64,000 bases of DNA, from NCBI GenBank assembly GCA_951406725.2, contig OX597815.1, forward strand, positions 167,896,001-167,960,000, given 5' to 3'. The position numbers and the translations under genes were made by a program. The notes under the pieces are model-generated. The model did no database searches and was not told the origin of the DNA. It worked only from the letters and a program-made list of their open reading frames with translations. Position 1 is the stretch's first letter. Every line of letters begins with the position of its first letter. The DNA is from Octopus vulgaris (Eukaryota). Of the stretch, positions 1 to 13,065 are shown piece after piece.

Positions 1-1493
1 AACATCATACAAATTTGGAACACAAAGCAATAAACATTTTCAAACATATGAAGAAAATATTAATTTTTAAACGATATTAAAATATGTACACCCTAAAGGA
101 TTATTTGCTATTTTCAATATTTGGTGTGACCGCCCTTGCTTTCAATGACTGCATCAAGTCTTCTGGGCATAGAGTCGACTAAATTTCTGCATATGACCAA
201 TGAAATCGACCTCTATTCACCCTAAATGAATGTGTTTCGACTGTGTTCCATCGTGGAGTTTTTCTTTTCAACCTTCCATTTCAAAACACCCCACAGATGT
301 TCTGTTGATTTTCAATCATGCAACATGGTAGGCCAAAGCAATACCTTTACATTTATTATCTAATAAAACTTAGTCGTCATCTTTGAAGTGTGTTTAGGGT
401 CATTATCATATTGGGACACTGAATGTCTTCCTAGTTTCTTGATACTATTCAATATTGTTTTCTGCAATATGTTACAATATAACCTTGAACACCAGCCGCA
501 CTCAAGCATCCCCAAAGCTTAGCACTTCCGCCGCTGTCTTTAACAGTAGGCACGGTGCATTTGTCACTATTATCTTCACCTGGTCGTCGCCATACTCGTT
601 TAATAACATCTGACCCAAACAAGTTGACTTTAGTCTCGCCAGAGAAAAGAATTTTATTCCCAAACTCTTTCCCCTTACTCACATAAGTTTTGGCAAAAGA
701 AGGACGATTTGATTTATGCATCGTGGTGAGGATAGTCTTCCTACGAGGAATATGTCCAGGAAGACCACACTGGTTCAAACTTCAGCGAACTGTCTGGGAG
801 TTTACACTCTTTCGACTAACAGAAGATATTTCTTGGGCCGAAGATGAAGCGGTACGACGCCTGCCATCCATCACGCAACGTTGGATGAGGCGAACATCAC
901 CAGCTGTCCAAATAGAAGGACGACCTGGTCGATGTTTATTGCTTAGCCGTTCAGTAGCTTTGTACTTCTGAATTATTTTGGTAACTATGTTTATGCCAAT
1001 ATGTATTCGTTTGCTAATTAACTTGTATCCTAAACCATTCTTGCACAACTTAGAAATAATTCTCTTCAAATCTTCAGGCAATTCTTTCCCTTTTGGTGCC
1101 ATTTTAATTACAATCAAGAAGATTTTCACCATGGTACACAAATCAGAATCCCTGCAGATGCAGTAGCAATGATCGGTGCAAAAATATCAGGAGAAATAAT
1201 TTATTAGAATTAAAATTATCAGCAGTACCTGAATTTAGTAAAAAAAAGGTGGATAAAATATTGAATATAGCAAATTTCCATTAGGGTGTACTTATTTTTG
1301 TAACGTTTGAAAATTAATACTTCGTTCATATCGTTGAAAATGTTTATTGTTTTGTGTTCCAAATTTGTATAATGTTTGCATGTATAAAATATTTTATTCA
1401 GTACAAATTTCGTTTGATATTCTTCGAATTTATCAGACTAATGGCAATTTTACAGAAAATTTTTAGAGGTGTACATACTTCTGTAAGATACTG
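1..1493 (-). mobile_element. Tc1/mariner (DD34E) DNA transposon, IR/DR type, decayed; left end runs off the window
   Basis: 1256-1493 is a long TIR ending ...GATACTG|TA (CAGT start, TA target). Its inner part is the reverse complement of 1-122. Internal direct repeats ttagggtgtacttatttttgtaa (1281) and ttagaggtgtacatacttctgtaa (1463). Confidence 0.92.
114..1102 (-). pseudogene. Tc1-family transposase pseudogene
   Basis: MAPKGKEL...GRP HTH region; ILFSGETK (first catalytic D changed to G); WGCLSAAG; QYDNDPKHTSK; degenerate SPDLNPIEHLW box containing a stop; C-terminus SMPRRLDAVIESKGGHTKY*. Frameshifts and stops present. Confidence 0.92.
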
Positions 1494-2159
1494 TATATGT
1501 GTATGTGTGTGTGTGTGTGTTTGTAACGTTCTGTACCCATATATGCATATATATGTGTGTTTGTGTGTGTGTATGCATATATATATATTATTTATATCAT
1601 TATTTGATTGAATGCCATGCGCCCATTTCCAAGTAAGTTTACCTTAATCTTTTTGATGCGACTCAACCCTATACTGCCCTATCCCTCTATCGTTTCATCT
1701 CTCATCCTTTCTCTAATTCCGTTTTTCTCCCCTTCACCGTTCTCTATCTCACTCCCTCTCTCTCTCTTTCTCCTTTACTCCCACTTGTTGTTCACACGTG
1801 ACCATCGTCCATCTTTCTTTTCCTCGCGTGATCATCTTTCTTTTCTTTTAGGGCTGTCCTAGAGGTTGGACGTATGGTGTTTTTTCTCTCTCTTCTATCT
1901 TTTCTCTTGCCAAAGAAAATATTTCTCCAGTGTTCGCTATTCTACCTTCGTTCTGGTTTAACGACCCTCCATGTTTGTTTTCGTTCGGTCTCCACTGTCC
2001 TGTTTTTGTTCCCAACTTTAACCCTTCATAAATCCAAAATTTTATTTTGGCTTTTGTGGGAGCAACTACCTCCAACGATTAATATTGTCGTCCAATACTC
2101 GAAATAAGGAGTAGATAGTATATATATATATAAAATGTTTAAGACACGTCAATTTGTCT

Positions 2160-2580
2160 ACATCTAAGATTAGAAAAGATGTTTGGCTTATGGTCTTGAA
2201 GCGTGATATAGGTAGGCGACGAGGTAGTCCACATTATCCTTTAGGTCTTTTGCTTCAGTGTTTGCATCGTTGTATGTAGAAATACGGATTTTTCTTGTAA
2301 ATTTTGGTGATTGGGTTCATAGGATGTCATGTGTGCGTGAGAGTGCTTGTTTCATAAATGTTCTTTGTATTGTGAGCGAGAATGATGCTTTGATTTGTAC
2401 TATGTAGCTGTTTAAAGAGTTTAAGAAGTGGGTCGGACGTTCCCGAAATTTTGCCTTCTTGATGATGTTCATTAAATCAGCTTTGAAACTCTCAAAGTCT
2501 TTTGTCCGGGAAAAGTATTTTGGAGACTGAAAACGAATATGTCGACGGATGTGCTGGACATACAGCAATTGTCTTTCATT
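2160..2580 (-). mobile_element. Decayed Penelope-like RT fragment (N-terminal part), related to the element at 20 kb
   Basis: FQSPKYFSRTKDFESFKADLMNIIKKAKFR aligns by eye with FKSMETPPPNPRLKKFEDDLWGIVRSIKFR of ORF 20042; downstream ITLQDHKPNIFSN matches FIVKDHKPNFHTN. Confidence 0.65.
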
Positions 2581-3691
2581 TTAACCCCGCTTAGATCATT
2601 ACCTTGTGACTGAATTTGGATGACGGAAACACTGTGGCAACCCGTCGTTTATGTGTATCTGTGTGTGAGAGAGAGGGAGAGAGAGAGAGAGAGAGAGAGA
2701 AAGAAAATGTGTTTAGTATGTGTGTGTTCGTGTGTGAGAGTATGTGTGTGTGTCTGTGTATGTGCATCTTTTGCGCGCGCTTGTGTGTTGGCATCTTTTA
2801 TTGTTTGTCTCAGTTTCACGACTTGACAACCGGAGTGTTCCTTTGTTTACATCCTTCTAAACAAACAAAACGATAGAATAGATAATAGACTTTAAATTCT
2901 AGACAGTGCCCCAATATGGCCGCAGTCCAGTGACTAAAGCAAGTAAAATGATAACTATACACACACAATCACACATTCACACATACACACTCATATACAT
3001 ACATACATACATATTTACAAGCGCGCGCATATAAACACAAATGCACACACTCATATATACATATATTTGATATAGCTGATATGATTCCGCTAAAGGCAAC
3101 CAAGAGCTGAAAGTAGTATTTAAGTGAATATTGAATTAAGTCTGTCAACCAAGAACCAATATGATCCATCGAACGGGCTTCATCACAGTCTCTACCAGAT
3201 CAGTTTCTTTCAAGCAGGCTACTATAAACAATACTTCAAAGTGAAGTGAATTCAATTCAGGAACCATATGATTGCAAAGTGAATTTGTTAGCCACAACAG
3301 CCATTCTTGAGCTTATGTCTTTAGATTTGAGTTTGTGCCGTTAAGAGGTTTTCAGCCGTTGTAACGTTAACATTCAGCCTAAGAAATAAACAATAATGAC
3401 CATATACCGCCATTGTAGCGCTGATCAAAATGAAAGCTGGAGTCGTTGCCGCGATCATTTCACTATCGCGTCTTTCACGTTATCTTGTTGATCGCTAACT
3501 ACTTGAATATGTGGCCATGAGATGCCGTAATCCGTATATTTCTCACATGGCGGCCCGACGTAAATAATTGTGTGCTCTCTTGCCCCCTCAGAATGTCTCG
3601 CGTACGCACACACACAAAAACACATACACACACAGAGACACACACACATACACAGGTGTACACATAGACACATGTGCAAACATAGACATAC

Positions 3692-3734
<43 letters not shown>

Positions 3735-3936
3735 TGTGTGTATACATACATAAACGTGCACATGTGCATATATATATGTATGTGTGAGTACGTACGTGTG
3801 TGTGTGCGCGCGTGTGTATGCATGAATGTATATGTGTGTATGTATGTTATGTCTGTGTGTATGTGCATGTGTATGTGTGTGTGTGCGTGTGACTACTTTT
3901 TTTCTTTTAATGTTAAGTCTATATTTGGAAAGAATT

Positions 3937-3997
<61 letters not shown>

Positions 3998-4046
3998 ATA
4001 AAGAAGAAGAAGAAGAAGAAGAACAACAACAACAACAACAACAACA
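3937..4046. repeat. Compound trinucleotide microsatellite (TAG)n(GAA)n(CAA)n
   Basis: Directly visible. Confidence 0.95.
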
Positions 4047-5395
4047 AAAATAGCAACAACTAACCCCCTCGGTTTTTTAGGCCTACGTAAGCAACACTGG
4101 CGTAACAAAAACGATAAGGTTAGCATATCAAACAAAAGGTTGAACATTTGATAAGGCACAGAAGAAAGAAGAGATAAGAAAGTGCGTGTGCTCGATGTAA
4201 AGTGTAGAAAATGTTGGAGACAGAAAGAGAGAAGGAGAGAGAGAGAGCGGGGAAGAAATGGGAGAGGAAAGAAAAAAGAAGATGTATAAGAAATATTCAT
4301 ATAAGAGAGTTAAAGAGACGTGCATAAAAGATTAAGAGAGAAGTTAAAGAATTGAATTATATAACGGAGAGGAATGGTAAGTCTGGAAGAGGAAACAAAA
4401 AGTGAAAAATAAAAGACGAAATATTTTGATAACATATGATTTGGAAAGACGGAAAGTTGCAGAGCAAGGTTTGGCAACAGGTAGGTTTCTGATATATATG
4501 TTATGGGATTGGTATCAACTCCCACGGTCATTCCCAAATTCCCAAATTTTATGTATTTGCGAACCCTTGAGTTGGTGGTAGCTTTTAGATAACGTTTTTG
4601 TTGGCATAGACTAAAGACCCCCTTCGGGGGTAGTTAATGAGGTAGTTAATGAGTTGTTCTAATAAGTCTGCTAATTCACTGCCCTCAAAAGCAGGTAAGA
4701 TAATAATTTCTTATATTCTAAAGAAACGATTTTGTTCAAATGAAGTATAACATTTAATTGGCCTCAGTATTTGGCAAGTAGATATTTTATAAACACCAGA
4801 GAAATGAAGAGTAAACTAATCTTCAGAAGGATTAGAACTCCAAACGTTATATAACCCAGTTAAATGCTGCAACCCAAGTTGTCTGGTATTCTGACATCTT
4901 GACATCTTGACAGCGGCATCTTGACAGAAAAATATAATCCTTTCTACTATAGGGAAGGGACTAGTCGATTACATCGATCCCCAGTGCTCAACTGTTATTT
5001 TATCAACTCTGAAAGGATGAAAGACAAAGCTGACCTCGGTGAAATTTGAACTCAGGACGACGTAAAAGTGAACGAAATGCTGCAAAGTATTTTGCCCAGC
5101 GTGCTAACGGCTCTGACAGCTCACCGCCTTAGACAGACAAAATTAGAATATCGGACAAACTCAGAAGCCATTGTCTACATTTTAATTATTAAAACGTAAA
5201 AGGTATGAGGAAATAACTGAAATATAAAAAAAAAAGATGTTTTAAACTTAGTAACGTGACCTTCTAAAGCGCGTCTTTCTTTCCTCCCTGCTTGTGGGTA
5301 ACTGAAGCTGCAGTGAAGCTGGCACATCTCTGTGTAGCTGAAGTGATCTGAACATTGCCAGGTTCTTATTTTTCAAAATTATGCTTATTAGTTAA

Positions 5396-5793
5396 ACTCT
5401 CTCTTTACTCTTTTACTTGTTTCAGTCATTTGACTGCGGCCATGCTGGAGCACCGCCTTTAGTCGAGCAACTCGACCCCGGGACTTATTCTTTATAAGCC
5501 CAGTACTTATTCTATCGGTCTCTTTTGACGAACCGCTAAGTGACGGGGACGTAAACACACCAGCATCGGTTGTCAAGCAATGCTAGGGGGACAAACGCAG
5601 ACACACAAACACACACATATATATATATATGACAGGCTTCTTTCAGTTTCCGTCTACCAAATCTTTTAAAAGACTCCATTGGTCGGCCCGGGGCTATAGC
5701 AGAAGACACTTGCCCAAGATGCCACGCAGTGGGACTGAACCCGGAACCATGTGGTTGGTTAGCAAGCTACTTACCACACAGTCACTCCTGCGC
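5396..5793 (-). mobile_element. tRNA-derived SINE, family A
   Basis: Head AGGCGCAGGAGTGGCTGTGTGG...GGTTCAGTCCC (A/B-box-like), internal (TA)n/(TG)n tract, tail of GTAAAAGA repeats; at least 8 copies in the window. Confidence 0.9.
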
Positions 5794-6837
5794 TAAACTG
5801 TTGATGTCTATTTAAATATAGCAGTTAAAAGTAATAATAAGGACAATAGTCAAATTCGGGCATAGTGGTAAAATGCAATTATTGATTTTGTGAAGAAACT
5901 GTACATGATAGGTTAATTTCTTTGTAATTTTTGAAATTATCGTGTAAAAATTAATCAATTTCACCCAATAATTGCGAAACAATTTTTTTATCGTAGACCT
6001 GTGTAATATATAAGAATTAATAAAAATGGGAGGGTAAAATTGTTTTCAATTTCTTTTCCTCTTTCTTTTTCTCTTCTCTAAATGACAGACGTGAAAGGAA
6101 ATTTGCTCTCTAAAAGTAAAAACCACCTAAAAATAAAGAGAATTCTAAAATCTGAATGAACAAGGAGACGAATGATCATTCTTAAGGCTACCAAACAACA
6201 GCGTAAGAAAATTTGCGTATCAAATCTGTTTGAATTTCTTTCCATTTTAAATTGGTCAAGTATGTGCTGATGATCTACTATATGATAGAAGAAAAATGTC
6301 TAACTCGCCCTCCTAAGAAAAAACAAAGATTTTGAGTAACTAGTCAAATTACTGGTATCAAATTATGTGTATATGTGAGAGTGTGTGTGTGTGTGTATGC
6401 GCATGCGCGTTTGTGTTTGTACATTTTCTAATTAAAATTTAATTATCTTACTGCTTGATAACTTTCTGTGTGATTTTAGAGAAAGAATATATGTAATAAT
6501 GATAAGTTTAATATTATTTTAATTTTTTCCTGTTCTGTTTTTCGTTTTTGGATTTGGTTTGCAAGATTCTTTATATGAGTTCGTGTGTTGAAGCATATTC
6601 TGTTGTGTCTGGGTAGAGTCATTTTCTTTTTGTGCCTTAAAATGTAACACACACACTACTAGTCCTCATTGTTCATCTTCATTGTTGAATCTATATTATC
6701 ATGTACATTCATAAATATAAGTTAATGTAATCGTCTCAAACACTACAAAATATCATAAACCACATCCGCCATGTTTTAAAAGACTCAATTTTCTCCTTTC
6801 AATGTCCTTTTTTCTCAATCATTGGCATTTCAGCAGT

Positions 6838-7367
6838 ATGCATGAATGCATACATACATACATACATACATATATACAGGCATATATATATATATATATA
6901 TATATTCATATACATATATTCATATTTATACAAACACACGCATGCACACACATATACATATATATATACATACATACATATATATATATACATAGTTATA
7001 TATAGATCCAAACGTACATACATATATGTATATAAACATATATATACATATATATATAACAACAAATACATATATACCTATATGCATGCATACATACATA
7101 CATACATACATACATACATACATACATACGCACACACACATATATACATACGTGCATACATACATACATACATACATACATACATACATACATACATACA
7201 TAATTGTGTATGTATGTGTAATTAGGCAAAAAATCTACTGCTGTACACTAAACTCCCTAATTGAGTGACGCGACTCAACTATATCGGCATATGGGCGTGC
7301 ATGTAATTGTGCTTCTGGGAATGTGTCTCACAATCTAGGTGATGAACAAATGTAGTTTATCTATCTA

Positions 7368-7415
<48 letters not shown>

Positions 7416-7688
7416 CGTATGTGTGTGTGTACGTGTGTGTGTGAGTGAATATGCGTAAGGATCTGAATGTGTACCAGTTCTGACCCAGACACATGGTTTA
7501 ACTCGCGTCGGTGATTAAGCTATAAAGTAAATAACGTTCTTATCGTTTCAACTTCTTGCCTGATCTGACTACAATCGTTTCAGGTTCAGCGCACTGCACT
7601 TCAAGGGACACTGTCTAACTAGAGGCGATATAGAGCAAACTACCATATGTGTGTACGTGTGTTCGTGTGTGAGAGGGTACGCACGCGT

Positions 7689-7722
<34 letters not shown>

Positions 7723-7803
7723 TTATACATATATACCTACATATAATATACATATATATGTATGGATGTATATATATATATATGCTGTATGTATGTGTAT
7801 GAT

Positions 7804-7837
<34 letters not shown>

Positions 7838-7855
7838 TACACATACATTCATATA

Positions 7856-7948
<93 letters not shown>

Positions 7949-7995
7949 GCAAGCACACACACACACTCACACAGCAATACATACACGTACACGCG
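6838..7995. repeat. Compound (TA)n/(TACA)n/(CA)n microsatellite fields
   Basis: Directly visible; source of the spurious YI/HT/CV-rich ORFs. Confidence 0.9.
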
Positions 7996-8609
7996 TACAT
8001 ATAGGTTAAGTGGATGGGTAGATGGATGATCGACTGCATGGATGGATGGATTTTTGCATGAGTGGTTGGATGTACGGGTAGATAGGTGGGTAGATTGATG
8101 AGAGAATGATTTAACGTATGGTTCTGAAAGCAGAAATAAAACACTTCGTACCATAACCAGACATAATATAATCAAATAATATAATTAAGCTTATCGCTAG
8201 CGCTATCGTCATTGCTGTTAGCATCGACGTCATTGTCTTCTCGCCACCTTCGTAACTATCAAAGTCACCACCATATTTATCATCATATTCATCATCATGC
8301 TCATGGTCGTATGGATAGGGTCCATTATCATCTTCATCATTAGCAACAGCTGTAACTGTTGCGTTAAGTCATCGTTGCGGATATTACTGTCGTCTGCATC
8401 GTAGTCGTCGCCGTCATCATCATTATCATCTGTTACAACAAAAGCGTCTCATCATTGCCTTCATTAGCCACGTGATATCTTCGTTCTCGTGTGTGCTTCG
8501 ATTAGTAACATCAATTAGCATTATAATCAACAACGTCAAACTCATTATCATCCTCATCCTTCTTATTCTCACCATCTCCCCTATAACCGTCAATAAGCGA
8601 TATTCTTTT

Positions 8610-9215
8610 TAACCATAGGCACAAGTCCTAAAATTTTGTTAGGAAGGCTGGTCGATTGCATCGACTCCAGTGCTCAGCTGGTACTTTTTTTATCGTCCTC
8701 GAAAGAATGAAAGGCAGAGTCGACCTATGCAGGATTAGAACTCAGAACATAAAACCAGAGAAATACCTATTTCTTTACTACCCACAAGGGGTTAAACACA
8801 GAAGGGACAAACAAGGACAGACACACGGATTAAGTCGATTACATCTACCCCAGTGCGTAACTGGTACTTATTTAATCGACCCCGAAAGGATAAAAGGCAA
8901 TCTCCACCTCGGCGGAATTTGAACTCAGAACGTAGCGGCAGACAAATTACCGCTAAGCATTTTCTCCATCGTTCTAATGATTCTGCTAACTCATTGTCTC
9001 AGTTGTTTCAAACATTGACATAAGACCAGTAGTTTTAGGGCATAGGAAAGTCGATTTGACTGATATCTTTCCTCAAACAGTACTTATTTTATCGACCCCG
9101 AGATGATGAAAGGCAAATTCGACCGTGGCGGAATTTGAACTCAGAACGTGAAGACATACAAAATACTGCTAAGTATCTTGCCCGGCGTGCTAACGATTCT
9201 ACAGCTTGTCGCCTT
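8610..9215 (-). mobile_element. SINE family B copies (dimer plus an adjacent copy)
   Basis: Reverse-complement matches to 42836-43069; shared core GCCTTTCATCCTTTCGGGGTCGATAAATTAAGTACCAG. Confidence 0.85.
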
Positions 9216-9218
9216 CTG

Positions 9219-9410
9219 TATGAGAAGTAATACAAGTCGATGGTTTGCACTTTTACCTTGTATTTCAATATTCCAAGATTAGAACCCTTTGGAGAAGTTA
9301 GCTCACAACACCATCTTTCAGAAGATTTCCAGAAGAAGGGTCCTACTTCTGAAATATTGAAATATAAAGTGAGAGAAATTATAAACTATTGACTTATATC
9401 ATTTCTTATA
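9219..9410. repeat. Degenerate fold-back (MITE-like) palindrome
   Basis: Arm tatgagaagtaatacaagtcgatggttt...tatttcaatattccaagattagaaccctt pairs with aagggtcctacttctgaaatattgaaata...aaactattgacttatatcatttcttata. Confidence 0.7.
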
Positions 9411-9822
9411 ACTTGCATTGTTTTGGATTTATAAAAAAAACTAATTTATAAAAGAATATAGAAAAATATTAGATAGACGCAAAATTTTTGATATAAACAT
9501 ATGCAAAACAAAGATGGTGAAACGCTACCGAGTCGGAAGTTTTGCTTTTGCCATCTTTCTTTTTACACAAATAACGGATAAGATAGTTTTTGCCTTAAGA
9601 AATATTAACCGATTTGTCGAAAGAAACAAAATAACAAGGTCAAATGGTTAAACGGAAGTGCAATATATGAAAATGAGGCAGCTGGCCATCTGGTAATAGT
9701 AGAGAGAACGCTGGGCAAGCTTTCCCACGCATGTCAGCCTCGGTTTACGGCTAAAGATCCACCATAGTTTTATATGTATGCATGTATGTATGTGTATGTA
9801 TATATACACATATATGTATGTC

Positions 9823-9875
<53 letters not shown>

Positions 9876-9931
9876 TATACCAATGGGGTTGGGGTATGTA
9901 TGTATGTATGTATGTGCGTATGTATGTATGC

Positions 9932-9963
<32 letters not shown>

Positions 9964-10482
9964 GTGTGTGTGTGTGTATATATGTTCTGTTTCTTTACTT
10001 TTCTCGAGCGTCTGACTAATGTCCACTGAGTGAACATGGCTGTCTTGGCCGTGATATCAACAAGAAAAATCTCGATGACATTTTGTGAGATAACAAAGTT
10101 TTGGTGACGCTAAAGACAAATAAAAAAAGAGAGAGAAAGAAAGAAAGAAAGAAAGAAAGAAAGTAAAAAAGAAAGAAGGAAAGACAGAGTTTACCAACAC
10201 CCAGGTGGAAAGGAGAGACGTGTCTGAGAATCGTCTCTGTAACTTGAAAGTACAACAGCAACCTATATCTGTCTGACTTAGTAGGTTTAACACAGAGGTG
10301 GCGGATAAGAATTATAAAACATCCCAACCAAGCTTGTGCCACGAAATAAGATTAATAAATTCCCACATGAAAAGCAGTTCAGAAGAGATACACATACATA
10401 ATGTAAATATATAAAAGGCGCTCAAATTGTCACGCAAATTGTATTACAGATACATAGAAAAACAAAACCACACGTGTGAACT

Positions 10483-10548
<66 letters not shown>

Positions 10549-10549
<1 letters not shown>

Positions 10550-10883
10550 CGGAGATGTACTCGCATAGCAAGTGATTTGATCTGAGATCGTGTGCTGGAA
10601 CGAAAACAATTGCAGCGTGGAAGGTGTTTGTAAGCCATTTAAGAAACACACAAAAGCCGTTCGATTCACTTCAACGTTTAAGTTTAATTTGTCAAAATAT
10701 TTCGTCGCTAAAATCCGCGACCTGTTCACTGACAAAATGCAGCACGGATTTTTGTCAGTGAACAGGTCGCGAATTTTAGCGACGAAAATATTTTGACAAA
10801 TTAAACTTAAATGTTGAAGTGAATCGAACGGCTTTTGTATTTTTCTTAAATGGCTTACAAACACCTTCCACGCTGCAATTGTT
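10549..10883. mobile_element. Fold-back element between (TA)n arrays, ~133-bp near-perfect inverted arms
   Basis: 10605-10737 is the reverse complement of 10750-10883 with few mismatches; the ORF track shows the same peptide on both strands. Confidence 0.9.
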
Positions 10884-10884
10884 C

Positions 10885-10961
<77 letters not shown>

Positions 10962-11062
10962 AGTAAGCACATAAATGTGAAACAAGGTGGAAAAAAGAGT
11001 ATTCAAATACCACCGGTAGAGTAAAATGCTTTATTTATTTATAGCAGCAGAAATATAGCAAA

Positions 11063-11104
11063 AGCTGTTACTCGGAGTTTCACTTTTCCGTTCGTCGGAC
11101 AGTT
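11063..11104 (-). ncRNA. Type I hammerhead-like motif, variant core CCGACGA
   Basis: Minus strand reads ctgt-CCGACGA-ac(ggaaaa)gt-GAAA-ctccgag-TA-acag. Confidence 0.6.
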
Positions 11105-11237
11105 ATGTTAAATATATACATATATATATATATAGTTAATCCAAACAAGAAAACACAGAAAAAAAGAGAAAAAACAGCAACGCGAGGACGTGGAACAATT
11201 AAAGTATTATTGACGCTCAGGAAAGAAGGGAAGGAGG

Positions 11238-11272
11238 GTTTAATGTTTCGAGCGGAGCTCTTCGTCGGAAAC
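11238..11272 (-). ncRNA. Minimal type I hammerhead-like motif, variant core CCGACGAA
   Basis: Minus strand reads gttt-CCGACGA-a-gagc(tcc)gctc-GAAA-cat-TA-aac; a related element lies at 42138-42173. Confidence 0.55.
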
Positions 11273-12018
11273 AAGGAGAAGGAAAGATCCCACAGGTAGA
11301 TAGAGAGAGGATAGAGAGAGAAAGAGAAAGAGAGAGGGAGAAAGAGAAAAAGAGGGAGAGAGACAGACAGACAGATTGATAGAGAGAGAGACATACATGC
11401 ACATGCAGGCAAACATACATACGTGCATATAATTATGCATATATGCATGTATACATGGGTGTCTGTATCAACGCAAGTTTAGAATATTTGTGTTAGATTA
11501 AGTCTAAATCACAATTAATGTTCAAGAAAGGCCGATGAGATGAGGGAGGGAGAGAGGGAGAGAGAGGGGGAGAGAAGGAGGAGAGAGAGGCGGGTTGAAT
11601 TGTAGAAATAACTAGAAGTAAAGCAATGTGACATGGGTTTGCTTAACGAAGCGTAAGTAGCAACTGATAAGAGATAATTAAATCAATCTAGAATCTAATC
11701 TCTGAAAGTGATGTTATCTTACAGGGAATGTTACAGTTATTTTTGTTAAAGTCTTTCTTCTCTCCCTACACTCCCTGCTCTCCCCCTCTATCTAATTCTC
11801 TCTCTCTTTCTCTCTCTATGTATCTATCTATCTGCCTATCTCTTCGTCATTTCATTTTATTTATGAATTTATTTATTTTGTTAATTAATATCATTTGAGA
11901 GCACTAGAGTCCAGTCCAGACATATCAATGTCAATATATTGTCATCGCACATCAGAAGCATAAAATTGTACTTTAATATATTTGTGACGTCGCTTCCAGA
12001 CATACATACATACATACA

Positions 12019-12051
<33 letters not shown>

Positions 12052-12088
12052 GCATACATACTATAAACATACACACACACATACATAC

Positions 12089-12256
12089 AGGCGCAGGCGT
12101 GGGTGTGTAGTAAGAAGCTTGCTTCCCAACCACATAGCTCCGAGTTTAGTCCCACTGCGTAGCACCTTGGGCAAGTGTCTTCTACTATAGCCTTGGGCCG
12201 ACCAAAGCTTTATGAGTGGATTTGGATTTGGTAGACGGAAACTGAAAGAAGTCTCT

Positions 12257-12327
<71 letters not shown>

Positions 12328-12438
12328 AATAAAACATATGCATATATATATACATATATGTACGTACCTACCTCTACATGTATATATAATATATTATATG
12401 ACGGAACGCACGCATCCCTTTCTAAGTAAGATTGTTCT

Positions 12439-12505
<67 letters not shown>

Positions 12506-12960
12506 ATCTTATCTAAATTAACTATTATTTAACCATCCTCTCACACCATCCCCGATGAAAGGATATAATAAATATCCTGGAAACAGCTGTAACACCTTCT
12601 GTCTATAAATGTTCTAAAATCTATACAGCCTTGTTTTTTTATCTCATTACGAAAATATTATATATATATATGCATGTATGTATGTATGTATGTATGTATG
12701 TATGTATGTATGTATGTATGTATGTATGTATGTATTTGTGTTTTTGTGTCTATGCTTGTCCCCCCACCATTGCTTGACAACAGATGTTGGTGTGTTTACA
12801 CCCCCGTAATCCAGTGGTTCGGCATAAAGATACCGATAGAATAAGTACTAAGCTTACAAAGAATAAGTTCTAAGATCGATTTCTTCGACCTTTTAAGGTG
12901 CTCCAGCATGGCCACAGTCAAATGACTGCAACAAATAAAACAATAAATGAATAAAAGAAT
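12089..12960 (+). mobile_element. SINE family A split at its internal microsatellite by later insertions
   Basis: 5' half 12089-12258 and 3' half ~12735-12960, separated by (TA)n, an unrelated segment and (TATG)n. Confidence 0.8.
12552..12591 (+). ncRNA. Degenerate type I hammerhead-like motif (CCGATGA core)
   Basis: CCGATGA-a-aggatat(aataa)atatcct-g-GAAA-cagctg(palindrome)-TA; stem I no longer pairs. Confidence 0.55.
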
Positions 12961-13065
12961 ATATATATTACATATAGGCGCGTGACCTAGTGGTTAGAAT
13001 GTCGCAAATCAAGATTCCAAGATCGTGATTCTGATTCCTAGACATTCAATTCCCTGTTTGGGGAG

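Noticed and set aside
4616-4631. C(UUCG)G-type hairpin as a Helitron end or terminator
   Set aside because: No downstream CTRR end or other supporting context.
6262-6305. CTGATGA-tcta..taga-aGAAA..GTC hammerhead-like string
   Set aside because: Stems I and III do not pair.
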